64,000 nt of DNA from Candidatus Latescibacterota bacterium (GTDB lineage Bacteria; Latescibacterota; UBA2968), in assembly GCA_965204375.1 (NCBI GenBank), contig OZ241986.1:4320001-4384000 (forward strand). Reading direction: 5' to 3'. Under the pieces are notes generated by a model, which had not been told where the DNA came from, did no database searches, and saw nothing but the letters and a program-made list of their open reading frames with translations. Shown here piece after piece: positions 19,759 through 30,269 of the stretch; within the stretch, counting starts at the first letter, position 1; each line of letters starts with the position of its first letter. Position numbers and translations under genes: made by a program.

Positions 19759-21381
19759 TTAAAAAACAAAGGCATTTTGTTGGTGCTCACCCTCCCGCCA
19801 ATAGCGCGGTGCCCGCTTGAATGTGGCTTCAGGAGCAAAACGCGGATATTGCGCCTTCGAGCCTGCAAGCAACTCCTCAATGGTTAGAATCTGCATGCGA
19901 GAGAACTGATCGCGAAAATAATCAGGTGTGTACAAGCCCGCGGATACGGCCTCCTGATACATCGGGCGTGTGGGTAACCTCAGCGTGATGAACAGACCAA
20001 TCTCCGCTTTCTCTCGTTCCATTACGCCCTTCAAGTCGCGCATTTGCGACACACTGACCTTACCGCTCTTGACCTGCACGACAATGCGCTTAGACTTGCC
20101 GCTGTCATCGTCAAAAAAGTTGATATAACCATCCACGCCCGCGTCTGCGCCTTTTCTTTTATTTTGCGCTGGCCGTGCATCTACCAGGCCCAATGCCCAC
20201 CACTCGAACTGGTAACGATCATGTAGTGCCAATGCCTCCGCACTCTCCAGGTCCTGAGGCACACCAACCACCTCGTATTCCGAAAGCTGTTCACCAAAGG
20301 TGTCGTGAAGGCGACTCTTCATCAACGAGATAGCGAGATGTGTAAGATCAATGCCAATCCAGCGGCGATTCAATCGTTCCGCAACGGCAACCGCTGTCCC
20401 ACAACCGCAGAAAGGATCCAGCACGACATCGCCCTCATTGCTACTTGCCGATATGATGCGCTCAAGCAATGCTTCGGGTTTCTGCGTTGGATAGCCGAGG
20501 CGTTCCTTTGCTTGCGAGTTTATAGGATCAATGTCATCCCAAAGGGCTTGAACGGGCCTGCCTTCCATCTCATCCAAATACCTCTTGCGCCTTATGCCGC
20601 CCCTACTGGTAAAGTGCAATCTCCCTTCGGCGTCTAATCTTCGCATTGTCTCCGGGGGAACACGCCACAGAGATCTTGCCCCCTTATATTCATATTCATA
20701 ACCACCGCCGGACAAGCCTTTTGCAGTTAGGTTATCATCTGTCCAAACCCGTCCATCAGGGTCTTTAAATCGAAATCGCGCTTTGTATGCTTCATCATAA
20801 GGTTGATATTGGGAATTCCATGTCCATTGGTCGCTCTTGGAATAAAAAAGTATGATGTCTGTGTTTCTTCCATAGCGTGTGGAATCACTGTGAGCGGTAG
20901 TGCGCCGCCAAGTAATTTCGTTCCGAAAGTTGTATGCTCCGAAAACAGCGTCCATTAACAGTTTGAGATAGTGGCTTGCCGTAGGATCGCAATGGAGATA
21001 AATACTGCCTGTCGGCTTCAAGACCCGGTGGAGTTCAACCATGCGCTGCGCCATCATGGTCAGATACGCCATCATATCGTTCTGCCCCAAGAACTCGCGC
21101 ATCGCCTGAAGCATCCTGCTTAACCTATCCGGGCCGCTCTCCACCACATCCCGATAGGCGTATTCGGATTCAATACTCCAGTGCCAAGTATCGTCAAAAG
21201 CCGTGATCTGAGCCGCGGAATCCTCGCCGCTCTTCTCCCGGAACAGCACATTGTAGGTGGCATTAGAATTAAACGGCGGATCCAGATAGATCAGGTCAAC
21301 GCTCTCATCTGCCAAATGCTCCCTCATAATATCGAGGTTATCCCCGAAATATAGCCTGTTCTTCCAATCATAGTTTGTCAT
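19759..21381 (-). CDS. Beta-class N6A/N4C DNA methyltransferase fused to a C-terminal Mrr-like PD-(D/E)XK domain
   Basis: DPPF (motif IV), YPTQKP, DPFCGCGT (motif I); C-terminal D.GVDG...VQVKSG. Confidence 0.88.
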   Translation of the reverse strand: MTNYDWKNRLYFGDNLDIMREHLADESVDLIYLDPPFNSNATYNVLFREKSGEDSAAQITAFDDTWHWSIESEYAYRDVVESGPDRLSRMLQAMREFLGQNDMMAYLTMMAQRMVELHRVLKPTGSIYLHCDPTASHYLKLLMDAVFGAYNFRNEITWRRTTAHSDSTRYGRNTDIILFYSKSDQWTWNSQYQPYDEAYKARFRFKDPDGRVWTDDNLTAKGLSGGGYEYEYKGARSLWRVPPETMRRLDAEGRLHFTSRGGIRRKRYLDEMEGRPVQALWDDIDPINSQAKERLGYPTQKPEALLERIISASSNEGDVVLDPFCGCGTAVAVAERLNRRWIGIDLTHLAISLMKSRLHDTFGEQLSEYEVVGVPQDLESAEALALHDRYQFEWWALGLVDARPAQNKRKGADAGVDGYINFFDDDSGKSKRIVVQVKSGKVSVSQMRDLKGVMEREKAEIGLFITLRLPTRPMYQEAVSAGLYTPDYFRDQFSRMQILTIEELLAGSKAQYPRFAPEATFKRAPRYWREGEHQQNAFVF

Positions 21382-21478
21382 ATATCTCTCGTTTGTTTTT
21401 AGGAAATTGTTAGAACAAAAAAGCTGCGCTATAAACGCAGCTATTATGATATTTCAAAAGACATTTACAGGCAACTAC

Positions 21479-21808
21479 TTAAGCAGCTGACTTATCCGAC
21501 GGACGCACCTTTTTCAGTGCAGACATCCAGGTCAACTCATAGACCACCAGCGCACCGCGCCACACCTCGACATTTTCAAGCCCGCTGTACACCAATCGCG
21601 CAGCCTGTTCAATCGTCGCTTCTGCGGCCTTGACCTCGGGCTGATCGGCCACAGTCTTCATGGGAATGGGACCATAAGCGGCGCGAACGCGATTAATCAC
21701 CTCGCAGACTTCCCTGCGAAACTGAGGAACGAAACGGGACCGAGAGGTAGCCCGTCGTACCCCGTTTGATCGTGAACCGATAGCCGACATAGAAAAAATG
21801 CGTCTCAT
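21479..21808 (-). CDS. Hypothetical protein
   Basis: AGGAG RBS, AT-rich upstream region, downstream hairpin at about 21420-21444. Confidence 0.6.
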   Translation of the reverse strand: MRRIFSMSAIGSRSNGVRRATSRSRFVPQFRREVCEVINRVRAAYGPIPMKTVADQPEVKAAEATIEQAARLVYSGLENVEVWRGALVVYELTWMSALKKVRPSDKSAA

Positions 21809-22073
21809 GGGAACATCTCCTGTTTAAGTTAGGTGAATATACCGACATAAACCGTCATATATAATCACAAAAACTTTCCTAAACTCAATTTTTACATAAT
21901 ATTATATACTATTTTCCAATCGCCATAAATATAGTGAACATTTGTATATGCGTCAAGGGTAAATGTCATTTTTATCCTAAAAAAAACTTTCCCTCAATGC
22001 GCTGCGATATTATCTTTTTTGCCAAAACAAGCTATCGAGTAAGAAGTAAGACATAAACAGAATAGGAACCATC

Positions 22074-22694
22074 GTGATCTTTATATCCACCATCGTCGGT
22101 CCGCTCGAAGTCAATTGTTACATCCTCGCCTGCGAAAAAACGCGCGAAGGCGTTGTAATAGACCCCGGCGACGATACCGACACCATACTTCAACTCATCG
22201 AAGACCACGACATCAAGATCGTCGAAATAATTGCCACACACGGACATTTTGACCACATTGGACGCGTCGCATCGCTCAAAGAAAAAACAGGTGCGCCATT
22301 CGCCATCCACAAAGCCGACGTATTCATGGTCGAGGCGCTTACAGACATTGCCGCACCTCTGGGCCTTCAAACCGATCCACCGCCCAAAATCGACCGCTTT
22401 ATCGATGAAGGCGACACCATAGTCTTTGGCCGCAAAACCCTGAACATTCTCCATGTACCGGGTCACGCACCCGGCAACATCGCGCTCACATGGCCGGGCC
22501 ACGCCATTATTGGCGACACTGTATTCGCCGGCTCTATTGGCCGAACCGACCTCAAAGGCGCAGACCTGCAAACGCTAATGGACTCCATCCACACCAAAAT
22601 CCTCACCCTCCCCGACGACACAGTACTTCACCCCGGACATGGGCCAGACACAACCATAGATCGCGAAAAACGCATCAACCCATTTCTCTTATAG
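22074..22694 (+). CDS. Metallo-beta-lactamase-fold hydrolase (glyoxalase II-like)
   Basis: THGHFDH, PGHAPG, GD..F.GSIGRTD, PGHG. Confidence 0.92.
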   Translation: MIFISTIVGPLEVNCYILACEKTREGVVIDPGDDTDTILQLIEDHDIKIVEIIATHGHFDHIGRVASLKEKTGAPFAIHKADVFMVEALTDIAAPLGLQTDPPPKIDRFIDEGDTIVFGRKTLNILHVPGHAPGNIALTWPGHAIIGDTVFAGSIGRTDLKGADLQTLMDSIHTKILTLPDDTVLHPGHGPDTTIDREKRINPFLL

Positions 22695-22707
22695 GACCAA
22701 TTCCCAC

Positions 22708-24210
22708 ATGAACATCTCCATCACCATCGGCAACATCCTCGAAAGCACAACAGACGCCATCGTACTCAACCTCTTTGAAGGCGTCACAGAACCAGGCGGC
22801 GCAACAGGTGCCGCCAATCGCGCGCTGGACGGACTTATTGCCGACCTCATTGCAGGCGGCGACTTCAGCGGCAAACGCAACCAAACCGCCGTACTCTATC
22901 CCCGCCAAGGCATAGCCGCGCCGCGCCTCATTCTCGTTGGCCTGGGCAAACGAGAAGCCTTCACGCCCAATCAAGTGCGCCTCGCATCTGCATCTGCGAC
23001 CAGAGAAGCCATCAAACTCGGCGCAAAAACCCTCGCCTCCATTATCCACGGCGGCGGCATAGGCGGTCTCGATGTTTCAGACGCCGCACAGGCCACCGTT
23101 GAAGGCGCAATACTCGGCAACTACAAATTCACCAATTACAAAACAAATAATGACGATCCCAAACGTCTCGACACATTTACCCTCGTCGAATTTGACACAT
23201 CCAAACAAACCGATGTGGAAAAAGGCGCGAACACCGGACAAATCATCGCCGAAAGCGTGTGTTTCGCCCGAGACCTGAGCAACACCCCCGGCAACGACTT
23301 GCCACCGGCGACCCTGGCCGAACGCGCTTCAGAAATGGCCCGTGAAACGGGACTCTCCTGTGAAATATTTGACGAACAGCGCATCTCAAATGAAGGCATG
23401 GGCGCCCTCAGCGCCGTGGGACAGGGGAGTGCCCGACCGCCTCGTTTTGTCATCATGGAACACCCGGGTGCCGATCCCAATGCCGCGCCAATCATCTTCA
23501 TAGGCAAAGGCATAACCTTTGACACGGGCGGCATATCCCTCAAAAGTGGCGACGGCATGTGGGACATGAAATTCGACATGAGTGGATCCGCAGCCGTCAT
23601 TGGCGCAATGCGAGCCGTGGCAAAACTCGACCTGCCCCACCGCGTCATCGGCCTGGTTGCCGCCGCAGAAAACATGCCCGATGGCCGCGCGTATCGGCCC
23701 GGCGACATCTTGCATCCCCTCGGCACCAAAACCGTTGAAATCCACAGCACAGATGCCGAAGGCCGCCTCGCCCTCATCGACGCCATCGCATACAGCGCGC
23801 GCTACGAACCAAAAGCAGTCATCGACCTGGCCACGCTAACCGGTGCATGCGTCACTGCACTCGGGCACGAAGTTAGTGGCTTGATGGGCAACGACAATGA
23901 CCTCATCGCTCAAATCCACGAAGCGGGCAATCGCACCAGTGAAATTGCCTGGCATCTTCCCATTCTGGATGACCACAGAAACCGCATCAAAAGCAATGTG
24001 GCCGACCTCAAAAACTCAGGTGGTCGGCCCGCGGGCGCACTCACCGCCGCCGCGTTCCTCGAAGCCTATGTCCAGAACTTTCCCTGGGCACACCTCGACA
24101 TCGCCGGCACGGCATCGACAAGTTCCGCCAAACCCGACACCCCCATCGGAGCCACGGGCGTTGGCGTGCGCTTATTGATCGATTTCCTGCTTCATCAATC
24201 GGCTACATAA
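22708..24210 (+). CDS. pepA: Leucyl aminopeptidase (M17)
   Basis: GKGITFDTGG, MKFDMSG, TDAEGRL, ATLTGA, WAHLDIAG. Confidence 0.95.
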   Translation: MNISITIGNILESTTDAIVLNLFEGVTEPGGATGAANRALDGLIADLIAGGDFSGKRNQTAVLYPRQGIAAPRLILVGLGKREAFTPNQVRLASASATREAIKLGAKTLASIIHGGGIGGLDVSDAAQATVEGAILGNYKFTNYKTNNDDPKRLDTFTLVEFDTSKQTDVEKGANTGQIIAESVCFARDLSNTPGNDLPPATLAERASEMARETGLSCEIFDEQRISNEGMGALSAVGQGSARPPRFVIMEHPGADPNAAPIIFIGKGITFDTGGISLKSGDGMWDMKFDMSGSAAVIGAMRAVAKLDLPHRVIGLVAAAENMPDGRAYRPGDILHPLGTKTVEIHSTDAEGRLALIDAIAYSARYEPKAVIDLATLTGACVTALGHEVSGLMGNDNDLIAQIHEAGNRTSEIAWHLPILDDHRNRIKSNVADLKNSGGRPAGALTAAAFLEAYVQNFPWAHLDIAGTASTSSAKPDTPIGATGVGVRLLIDFLLHQSAT

Positions 24211-24261
24211 AAAAAACCGGGACATAAATCCCGGCCTGGATATAAACTTCTGATTCGTCCG

Positions 24262-24816
24262 CTATCTCTCACCCAAAGAGAACATCAGCCCTGCCTGAAT
24301 GCCAAAATTATTTGTTGACCCGGACGCAAAAGCGCGAAACCAGCGACCCTGTACAAATGCGCCTATGCCCTCGGAAACATCAAACCGCATACCACCTGCT
24401 ACGGCAATCAACGCCTCGGTTGACGTTTCCCTTACAAAGTCTTCGGTCTCTGTATCTACGAGATAAAGCACCGTTCCGTCAAACAGTACATCGACAATCA
24501 CAGGAAAACCCCGTGCGTGTAACACCCCGCCAGCAACCCCAAAAAACACCGTACCATAGCGGTCGGACAAAGGGGCTTTATAAACCAGACTGACACCCGC
24601 TGGAATTTCTGAAATACCGTCCTTCCGATAAAACTCAACAAAAGGCGCCAAATACGTCGGATACAAATCACCAATGGGAACCTCTATGGACAGGTGCCCG
24701 CCCCCGCGCGTGGGATCGAGAAGAGCACCCCCGCCTATCTTGACATCCACCTGTGCATCTGCCCGACCCAAAAACGCGACCATTGTAAAAAAAAACACCG
24801 CAACCATTGACTTCAT
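24262..24816 (-). CDS. Probable outer-membrane beta-barrel protein
   Basis: Signal peptide (ADA/Q) and alternating beta-strand pattern ending GLMFSL. Confidence 0.6.
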   Translation of the reverse strand: MKSMVAVFFFTMVAFLGRADAQVDVKIGGGALLDPTRGGGHLSIEVPIGDLYPTYLAPFVEFYRKDGISEIPAGVSLVYKAPLSDRYGTVFFGVAGGVLHARGFPVIVDVLFDGTVLYLVDTETEDFVRETSTEALIAVAGGMRFDVSEGIGAFVQGRWFRAFASGSTNNFGIQAGLMFSLGER

Positions 24817-24847
24817 ACACACCCCCTCAGAATAGTAAGGAACACAC

Positions 24848-25477
24848 ATGCCAACCGACCTCATTCTAATCTGCCATGGACAGGCCAGAGAACGCGACGA
24901 CGAAAACCACTACGGCTGGTGGGCCGACCTGCCCCTCTCGCATCGGGGCAAACAACAAGCCCTGCTCGTTGGCGAACGCCTCAGAACCGACTTTGACATT
25001 CGCGGCCTCTACACCAGCCCTCAAAAATGCGCCCATCAAACAGCCGAATGGATAGGCGATATACTCCGTATCGCACCCGAAGTAGAAAACGACCTGCGCG
25101 AACTCGAAAGCGGCGACCTCGCCACACTCACCCGCGAAGAAGTACGAAAATATTATCCCGGCTTTTTGGGAGGACAATCCCTCGAAGAGGCGCGCGTTCC
25201 AGGCAGCGAAACCTATGCCGACCTGCACACCCGCGTTGCCAACATCGTAAGCCAACTCATCAACAAAGCACCCGACCAACAAATAGCGTGCATCACACAC
25301 GTCCGCCCCATTGTCGCCTGCCTGCAAGCGATCATGGGATACACGCCCGAAGACGAGCACAAACCCCAATTCGCGTGCCACTCAGCCTCCATTCATCATC
25401 TACAACTCGACCCCGGAGGCGAACCCACCTTCATGGCACTCAACGATATTTCTCATCTCGCAGACCTCCCCAAATAA
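24848..25477 (+). CDS. Histidine phosphatase-family protein with degenerate active site
   Basis: LILICHGQ (canonical RHG), SPQKCA (canonical SP..RA), LRE, PGSET, ITH. Confidence 0.8.
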   Translation: MPTDLILICHGQARERDDENHYGWWADLPLSHRGKQQALLVGERLRTDFDIRGLYTSPQKCAHQTAEWIGDILRIAPEVENDLRELESGDLATLTREEVRKYYPGFLGGQSLEEARVPGSETYADLHTRVANIVSQLINKAPDQQIACITHVRPIVACLQAIMGYTPEDEHKPQFACHSASIHHLQLDPGGEPTFMALNDISHLADLPK

Positions 25478-25478
25478 T

Positions 25479-26330
25479 TCACATGTCATCCACCAGAGGA
25501 CCGCGCGTCTCCATCGCCATAGAAATCCGCTCGCTGCGCGTGCCATCGCCATTGCAGTGGTAGAACCGCACCGCACCGTGAAACTTATCCGCGTGATGAA
25601 CAAAATCGAGCTCTGCATCTGCGACTTGCCCTGGCACAAAGGGCTTGCGAAAATAAATCACAATCTCGTGAAACCGCAAGCACCCGACATCGCCTCCTAT
25701 CTTGTGATATTGAAGCGACAGAAGATCGAGCACCCGGTCCATGTATTTAACCGTATTGATATGCCCATATTGATCCGATTGATCCATGTGAAAAACAACC
25801 GGCTGCGTGTCATAGGTCAGCATATCACCACTGGCGCGATAGGATTCGATATCCCGGCTGAGCAAATCACCTTCGCCTAATTCGTGCTCCTTTAAAAATT
25901 TAAGTCCCACTGGCACATCGGAAGGCATGCGTTCATCAGGCGGTGCAAGCGGCCGCGTGAGCGCCAGCCAGAACTCCGACCGACCAACCAGATCATCCGC
26001 CTTAAAAAGTTCGCATGTCAGAACGAGATGCCCGCGTTTGAGACTGCCGTCATCATTGCGCGTTGTAACCAGACGGATCTGGGATTCCTGTCGCAGTGTT
26101 GTCTGCAGAGAACAGGAATGCCCAAAAGTTTCAAATTTCAAAATATGATTGATCGGCGCAACACCATCGCCGCTATTGACATTGGATCTCCAGTAGGGTC
26201 GCAGCATGTGAAGACCCGACCGCAACGTGAGACTCAAACTGGATGCGACCAACTCGGCATTCATATTGAGCATGCGCCAATCAACGTCATATTCAGTTGT
26301 ACCCGTCAGAACATCCATCTCACCCCTCAC
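25479..26330 (-). CDS. Hotdog-fold thioesterase-like protein
   Basis: [11 protein letters not shown] resembles the acyl-ACP thioesterase D.nGHVNN..Y motif; overlaps the BKACE stop codon. Confidence 0.55.
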   Translation of the reverse strand: MRGEMDVLTGTTEYDVDWRMLNMNAELVASSLSLTLRSGLHMLRPYWRSNVNSGDGVAPINHILKFETFGHSCSLQTTLRQESQIRLVTTRNDDGSLKRGHLVLTCELFKADDLVGRSEFWLALTRPLAPPDERMPSDVPVGLKFLKEHELGEGDLLSRDIESYRASGDMLTYDTQPVVFHMDQSDQYGHINTVKYMDRVLDLLSLQYHKIGGDVGCLRFHEIVIYFRKPFVPGQVADAELDFVHHADKFHGAVRFYHCNGDGTRSERISMAMETRGPLVDDM

Positions 26331-27160
26331 CCCGGATACGTAAGCCCCAGCATCTCTCGGGCATCATTTGGCGTGGCAATCTCGCCCTGAAGTTTCTCCA
26401 CAATACTCGCCGCGAGATCGACCATCTGTGCATTGCTCTTGAGCAAAACACCTCTCCGAAGATAAATATTATCTTCAAAACCCACCCGTATATGCCCCCC
26501 CATGAGAAAAGCCATAGTAATCATCGGCAACTGCCCTTTGCCCACACCCAGCGCGGACCAGATCACATCGGGCGGCAAAAGATTTTTCATAAAAACCAGA
26601 TTTTCGGGCGTAGCTTCAATACCCCATCCGGGACCCATACACAACTGGATAAACGGGGGATCTTCGAACAACCCCTCCTCAATCATATACCGCGCCTGGC
26701 GGATATGACCCGCATCAAAAACCTCGATCTCGGGCTTAACGCGATGCTCGCGCATGCGCTTTGCCGCGGCAATACCCCAATCGGGTGGATTCATAAACAC
26801 CCGAGTGCCAAAATTCAACGAACCGATATCCAGAGAGCAAATTTCGGGCTTCAGCGTAACCGGCTCAAGCCGCTCCTCAATAATATTTTCACCTTTAATA
26901 TTTCCCCCACTCGTCGTCAGATTAATGGCAATATCACAGGCTTGCCGAATCCGATCCACCACCTCCTTGAAAAGCTCGATCCGCGAACACACAATACCCG
27001 TCTCGGGATCGCGCACATGGATATGCGTAATCGCTGCACCCGCCTTATGGCACTCGATTGCCGCGTCTGCAATCTCCTTTGGCGTATAAGGCACAGCCGG
27101 ATTCATATCCTTCGTAGGACCCGAACCCACAACCGCCACTGAAATAATTGTCTTATCCAT
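26327..27160 (-). CDS. Beta-keto acid cleavage enzyme (Kce/DUF849 family)
   Basis: [35 protein letters not shown]. Confidence 0.92.
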   Translation of the reverse strand: MDKTIISVAVVGSGPTKDMNPAVPYTPKEIADAAIECHKAGAAITHIHVRDPETGIVCSRIELFKEVVDRIRQACDIAINLTTSGGNIKGENIIEERLEPVTLKPEICSLDIGSLNFGTRVFMNPPDWGIAAAKRMREHRVKPEIEVFDAGHIRQARYMIEEGLFEDPPFIQLCMGPGWGIEATPENLVFMKNLLPPDVIWSALGVGKGQLPMITMAFLMGGHIRVGFEDNIYLRRGVLLKSNAQMVDLAASIVEKLQGEIATPNDAREMLGLTYPG

Positions 27161-27178
27161 TTTTGTTCCTCTTATCCT

Positions 27179-28393
27179 CTAAAATTGAAACGGCACCAAC
27201 CAATCCTCTTCAATCCCCAGATCAAAACCCGGACCACTCGGTGTGAACTCCAGATAGCTATCGCGCGGCACGCGCGCGCCGGGACCCGCTACTTCTTCAA
27301 GCGGTACCCCCGGATCAGAACCGATAAAATACTCACACCAGGGGGTATTGGGCATTGCCCAGCTCAAATGCTGACCGTACGCATCGCGTCCCCCGCCGTG
27401 CAGACAAACCTCCAGACCCGCCGCCGCAGCCATATTACAAATTTTGACACACGCAGTCAAACCGCCCACCCACTGAATATCGGGCTGGAGGATATCGAGA
27501 CACCGATTTTCGATCATCAACTGGTAGGGATACGGCGTGTAAAAATGCTCCCCACTGGCAAGCGTCAACCACGGCAGGCGTTTCTTGAGTTCAATATGCC
27601 CCCCAACATCCTCGGGAATCAGACACTCTTCCATCCAGCGCAAATTATAAGGACGCAGGCGATTGGCCAGACGCGCGGTATATTCCACATCAAACGCCAT
27701 ATAACAATCGAGCATGAGATCGCACGCATCGCCAATCAACTCGCGGACCTCGGCGATTCGCCTCTCGTTCTCCCCCAATCCCCACAACCCATCAACCGGC
27801 CCGTATTGACAGGGCAACTTAAACGCCCGAAACCCCAACTCTTTGTACCAATCCACATCATCACCCGTCGCGTACACAAACAAACGATCGCGCGCCGGAC
27901 CGCCCAGAAGCTCATAAACGGGCTTACCCTGCAATTTCCCCGCCAGATCCCACAGTGCCAGATCCACAGCACTAATCGCCAACGAGGCAATCCCCACAGT
28001 CCCAAAAGATTTGGACACGCGAAACATCATATCCCACAGCTTTTCAATAGCCAGACAACTTTCGCCTTCCAGTATATGCGCGAAAGCATCTTCCACCACC
28101 ATAGCAACCGGGCGTCCCGCCGACGTGCCGAGGCCCCATGTCCCGTCTTCAGCGGTCACCTTAACCGAGAACCTGGGCCATTGTCTGGCACCGTAAAGCT
28201 GACGCCGCGCCTTAAACCGCGGGAACTTAGACATTGGATTGGCCACCTCTATATGCGCGGGCCACGCCTTTCGATACCCCTTTGTCCTCGGCGCTGCACC
28301 TGTTGAAGCAGATAGTGTCGTGCCAGAACCCGTTGAGGTCTGGCTTGCATTTGGGCGCTCAACGCGAACGACTTCGACGGATTTGATTTTCAT
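27179..28393 (-). CDS. Enolase-superfamily acid-sugar dehydratase (L-rhamnonate dehydratase-like)
   Basis: ANPMS, SAVDLALWD, LMLDCYM, WMEE, SGEH, QPDI.W.GG, LH. Confidence 0.85.
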   Translation of the reverse strand: MKIKSVEVVRVERPNASQTSTGSGTTLSASTGAAPRTKGYRKAWPAHIEVANPMSKFPRFKARRQLYGARQWPRFSVKVTAEDGTWGLGTSAGRPVAMVVEDAFAHILEGESCLAIEKLWDMMFRVSKSFGTVGIASLAISAVDLALWDLAGKLQGKPVYELLGGPARDRLFVYATGDDVDWYKELGFRAFKLPCQYGPVDGLWGLGENERRIAEVRELIGDACDLMLDCYMAFDVEYTARLANRLRPYNLRWMEECLIPEDVGGHIELKKRLPWLTLASGEHFYTPYPYQLMIENRCLDILQPDIQWVGGLTACVKICNMAAAAGLEVCLHGGGRDAYGQHLSWAMPNTPWCEYFIGSDPGVPLEEVAGPGARVPRDSYLEFTPSGPGFDLGIEEDWLVPFQF

Positions 28394-28804
28394 GTATTTT
28401 CCTTTTTATTGTATTGAAATGATCCTCAGAAACAGAAAGTGTATCAACAACGCGATATTGTCAACCGCATTTCGGTTGTTGAGGATATTGATTTTAGGGA
28501 TGTGCATAATTCTTATGTGGTGGTACAACGACGTATAAAGTTTTTTTAATATTTTCTTTTTGTGCCTTCGGCGACCTACTTTTTTTCAGCAGCAAAAAAA
28601 AGTAGGCAAAAAATGCCGCTCTCAAACGCCGAGGGGCTGGCACAGCGCAAATCGTTTTTGTGATAGTACACTATGCTGTGGCCTTCACAGTTGGGTGCCA
28701 TAAAAATGTCCGCTGCGAAACGGACTCACGCGCTGTGCACTGCGTTATCTGAGTGCTCAATTGCCTCGTATTTCAAAACATATATCTGTACTAAAGAGGA
28801 ATGA

Positions 28805-29065
28805 CTACAGATTCCTGGCACTGGAAATATCCTTTGCCAATTCTTCTGGGGTCAGATTGATAGGAGATACTTGGTAGGATTTTAAGGCATCTAAAAATAC
28901 AACGCGATTCATACCCGCAAATCGAGCCGCCTGCCCCGATGACAAACGTCCGAGTTCAAACAGTTTGACGGCTATGAGCATACGGCCTTGTTCGGCGAAT
29001 TGTTCAGGCGTTTTACTGAGGATTTGCAGAATATCATCTGGACATTCAAATGTAATTTTTAACAT
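28805..29065 (-). CDS. UPF0175-family antitoxin-like protein (orphan)
   Basis: AVKLFELGRLSSGQAARFAGMNRV.F motif; no intact PIN partner downstream. Confidence 0.85.
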   Translation of the reverse strand: MLKITFECPDDILQILSKTPEQFAEQGRMLIAVKLFELGRLSSGQAARFAGMNRVVFLDALKSYQVSPINLTPEELAKDISSARNL

Positions 29066-29181
29066 GTGCGCCCCGTTCTATCCATATTTGAATTACACTT
29101 ACAACCAAAAAATGTAGCAATGATGAGAGATTGTCAATCGCATTTCAAAACATCTCTCACGTTGCGTGCCAAACCCCTTGT

Positions 29182-29220
29182 CAGAATCAGGATGGGCAGG
29201 ATGTAAGGATTTACAGGATA
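29182..29220. repeat. Short AGGAT nonamer tract
   Basis: CAGGATGGG CAGGATGTA AGGATTTA CAGGATA, with ~9-bp periodicity. Confidence 0.5.
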
Positions 29221-30269
29221 CCCGCCCAAGCCACCCATCCCAAATACATCTCATACACGCTCGCTCAGGGTGACTTGCAATATACTAAAAAAATCTTGAA
29301 TACCGACTTACCTCTATAGTTGTCATCGGGTGATCGCTTTCTCCACACATCACTCAGAGACATTGAATACCCTCATCACTTCCCGAATATGTGGGGCCTG
29401 ATCTCTATCCGAGACACAAGGGCGATCAAGCAATGTCGCTTGCACGAGTTGTTCAATTTCCTCTGTGCGCCGGTAGTCCAGCGCAATAACCTTACCGAAG
29501 CAGCACTTCCCGCTCAGCCGTGCGGGCAACACGGCGTCATAAGGGAGCGGTGGTCCTATTTTATTTATTAACAACTCCATAGTCTGCGAGAGACGCTTTG
29601 CGATCTTCGGCTGACAGATAAAATCCGGGAAGCCAGTATCAGCCAGTGAGAAGTCCACTACGAGCACACGAAGATAATCCAGGTCCGGTTTCCCACACTG
29701 ACGTTTCTCCAGCTTGTCGAGCAGTTTTCGTCCCCATTCGCTCTCTGCCGTATCTTCTGGTTCGCCGATTCTAAAAAATAACTTGCTATCACTTGACTGG
29801 GAAGGTAGCCCAAAACGGATGTCGCGTTCTTCTGCATTATCGTAAACTTCCTGAAGCGTTGCAGATAGCCAGACTCTCTGGGTCGGACCTGCAAATTGCC
29901 GTTGATGACTCGCGTGTGCATTCTGTAACCATTTTATCGCTTCTGATTGCAGACCTGCGAGCCAAGGACGAACGGTATTCTCGTAACCGACTTCGTATGC
30001 ATAGAACCAATCCATATCTTTTGATGTTCTAAGTCGGAGGTCGATTTTGAATCCCTTGTCTATATCCAGATACTTAAAAATCGAGGAGATAAGCCGCTTC
30101 ACGAGTTGGAATCCAAAGAAATCAATGGGGCTATACAACTCAATGCATGCACTCAACTCACTGGCAGTCAGGTCTATGTCATAGCGTTTCGACTGAGACC
30201 GCGCTGAGACCGCCCTCGCCTGCGCTTCTGGGACATTCTGGAGATGCACGATAAGGAAAAACTCTCTAA

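Noticed and set aside
27185-28306. 373-aa + strand ORF
   Set aside because: Antisense shadow of the dehydratase.
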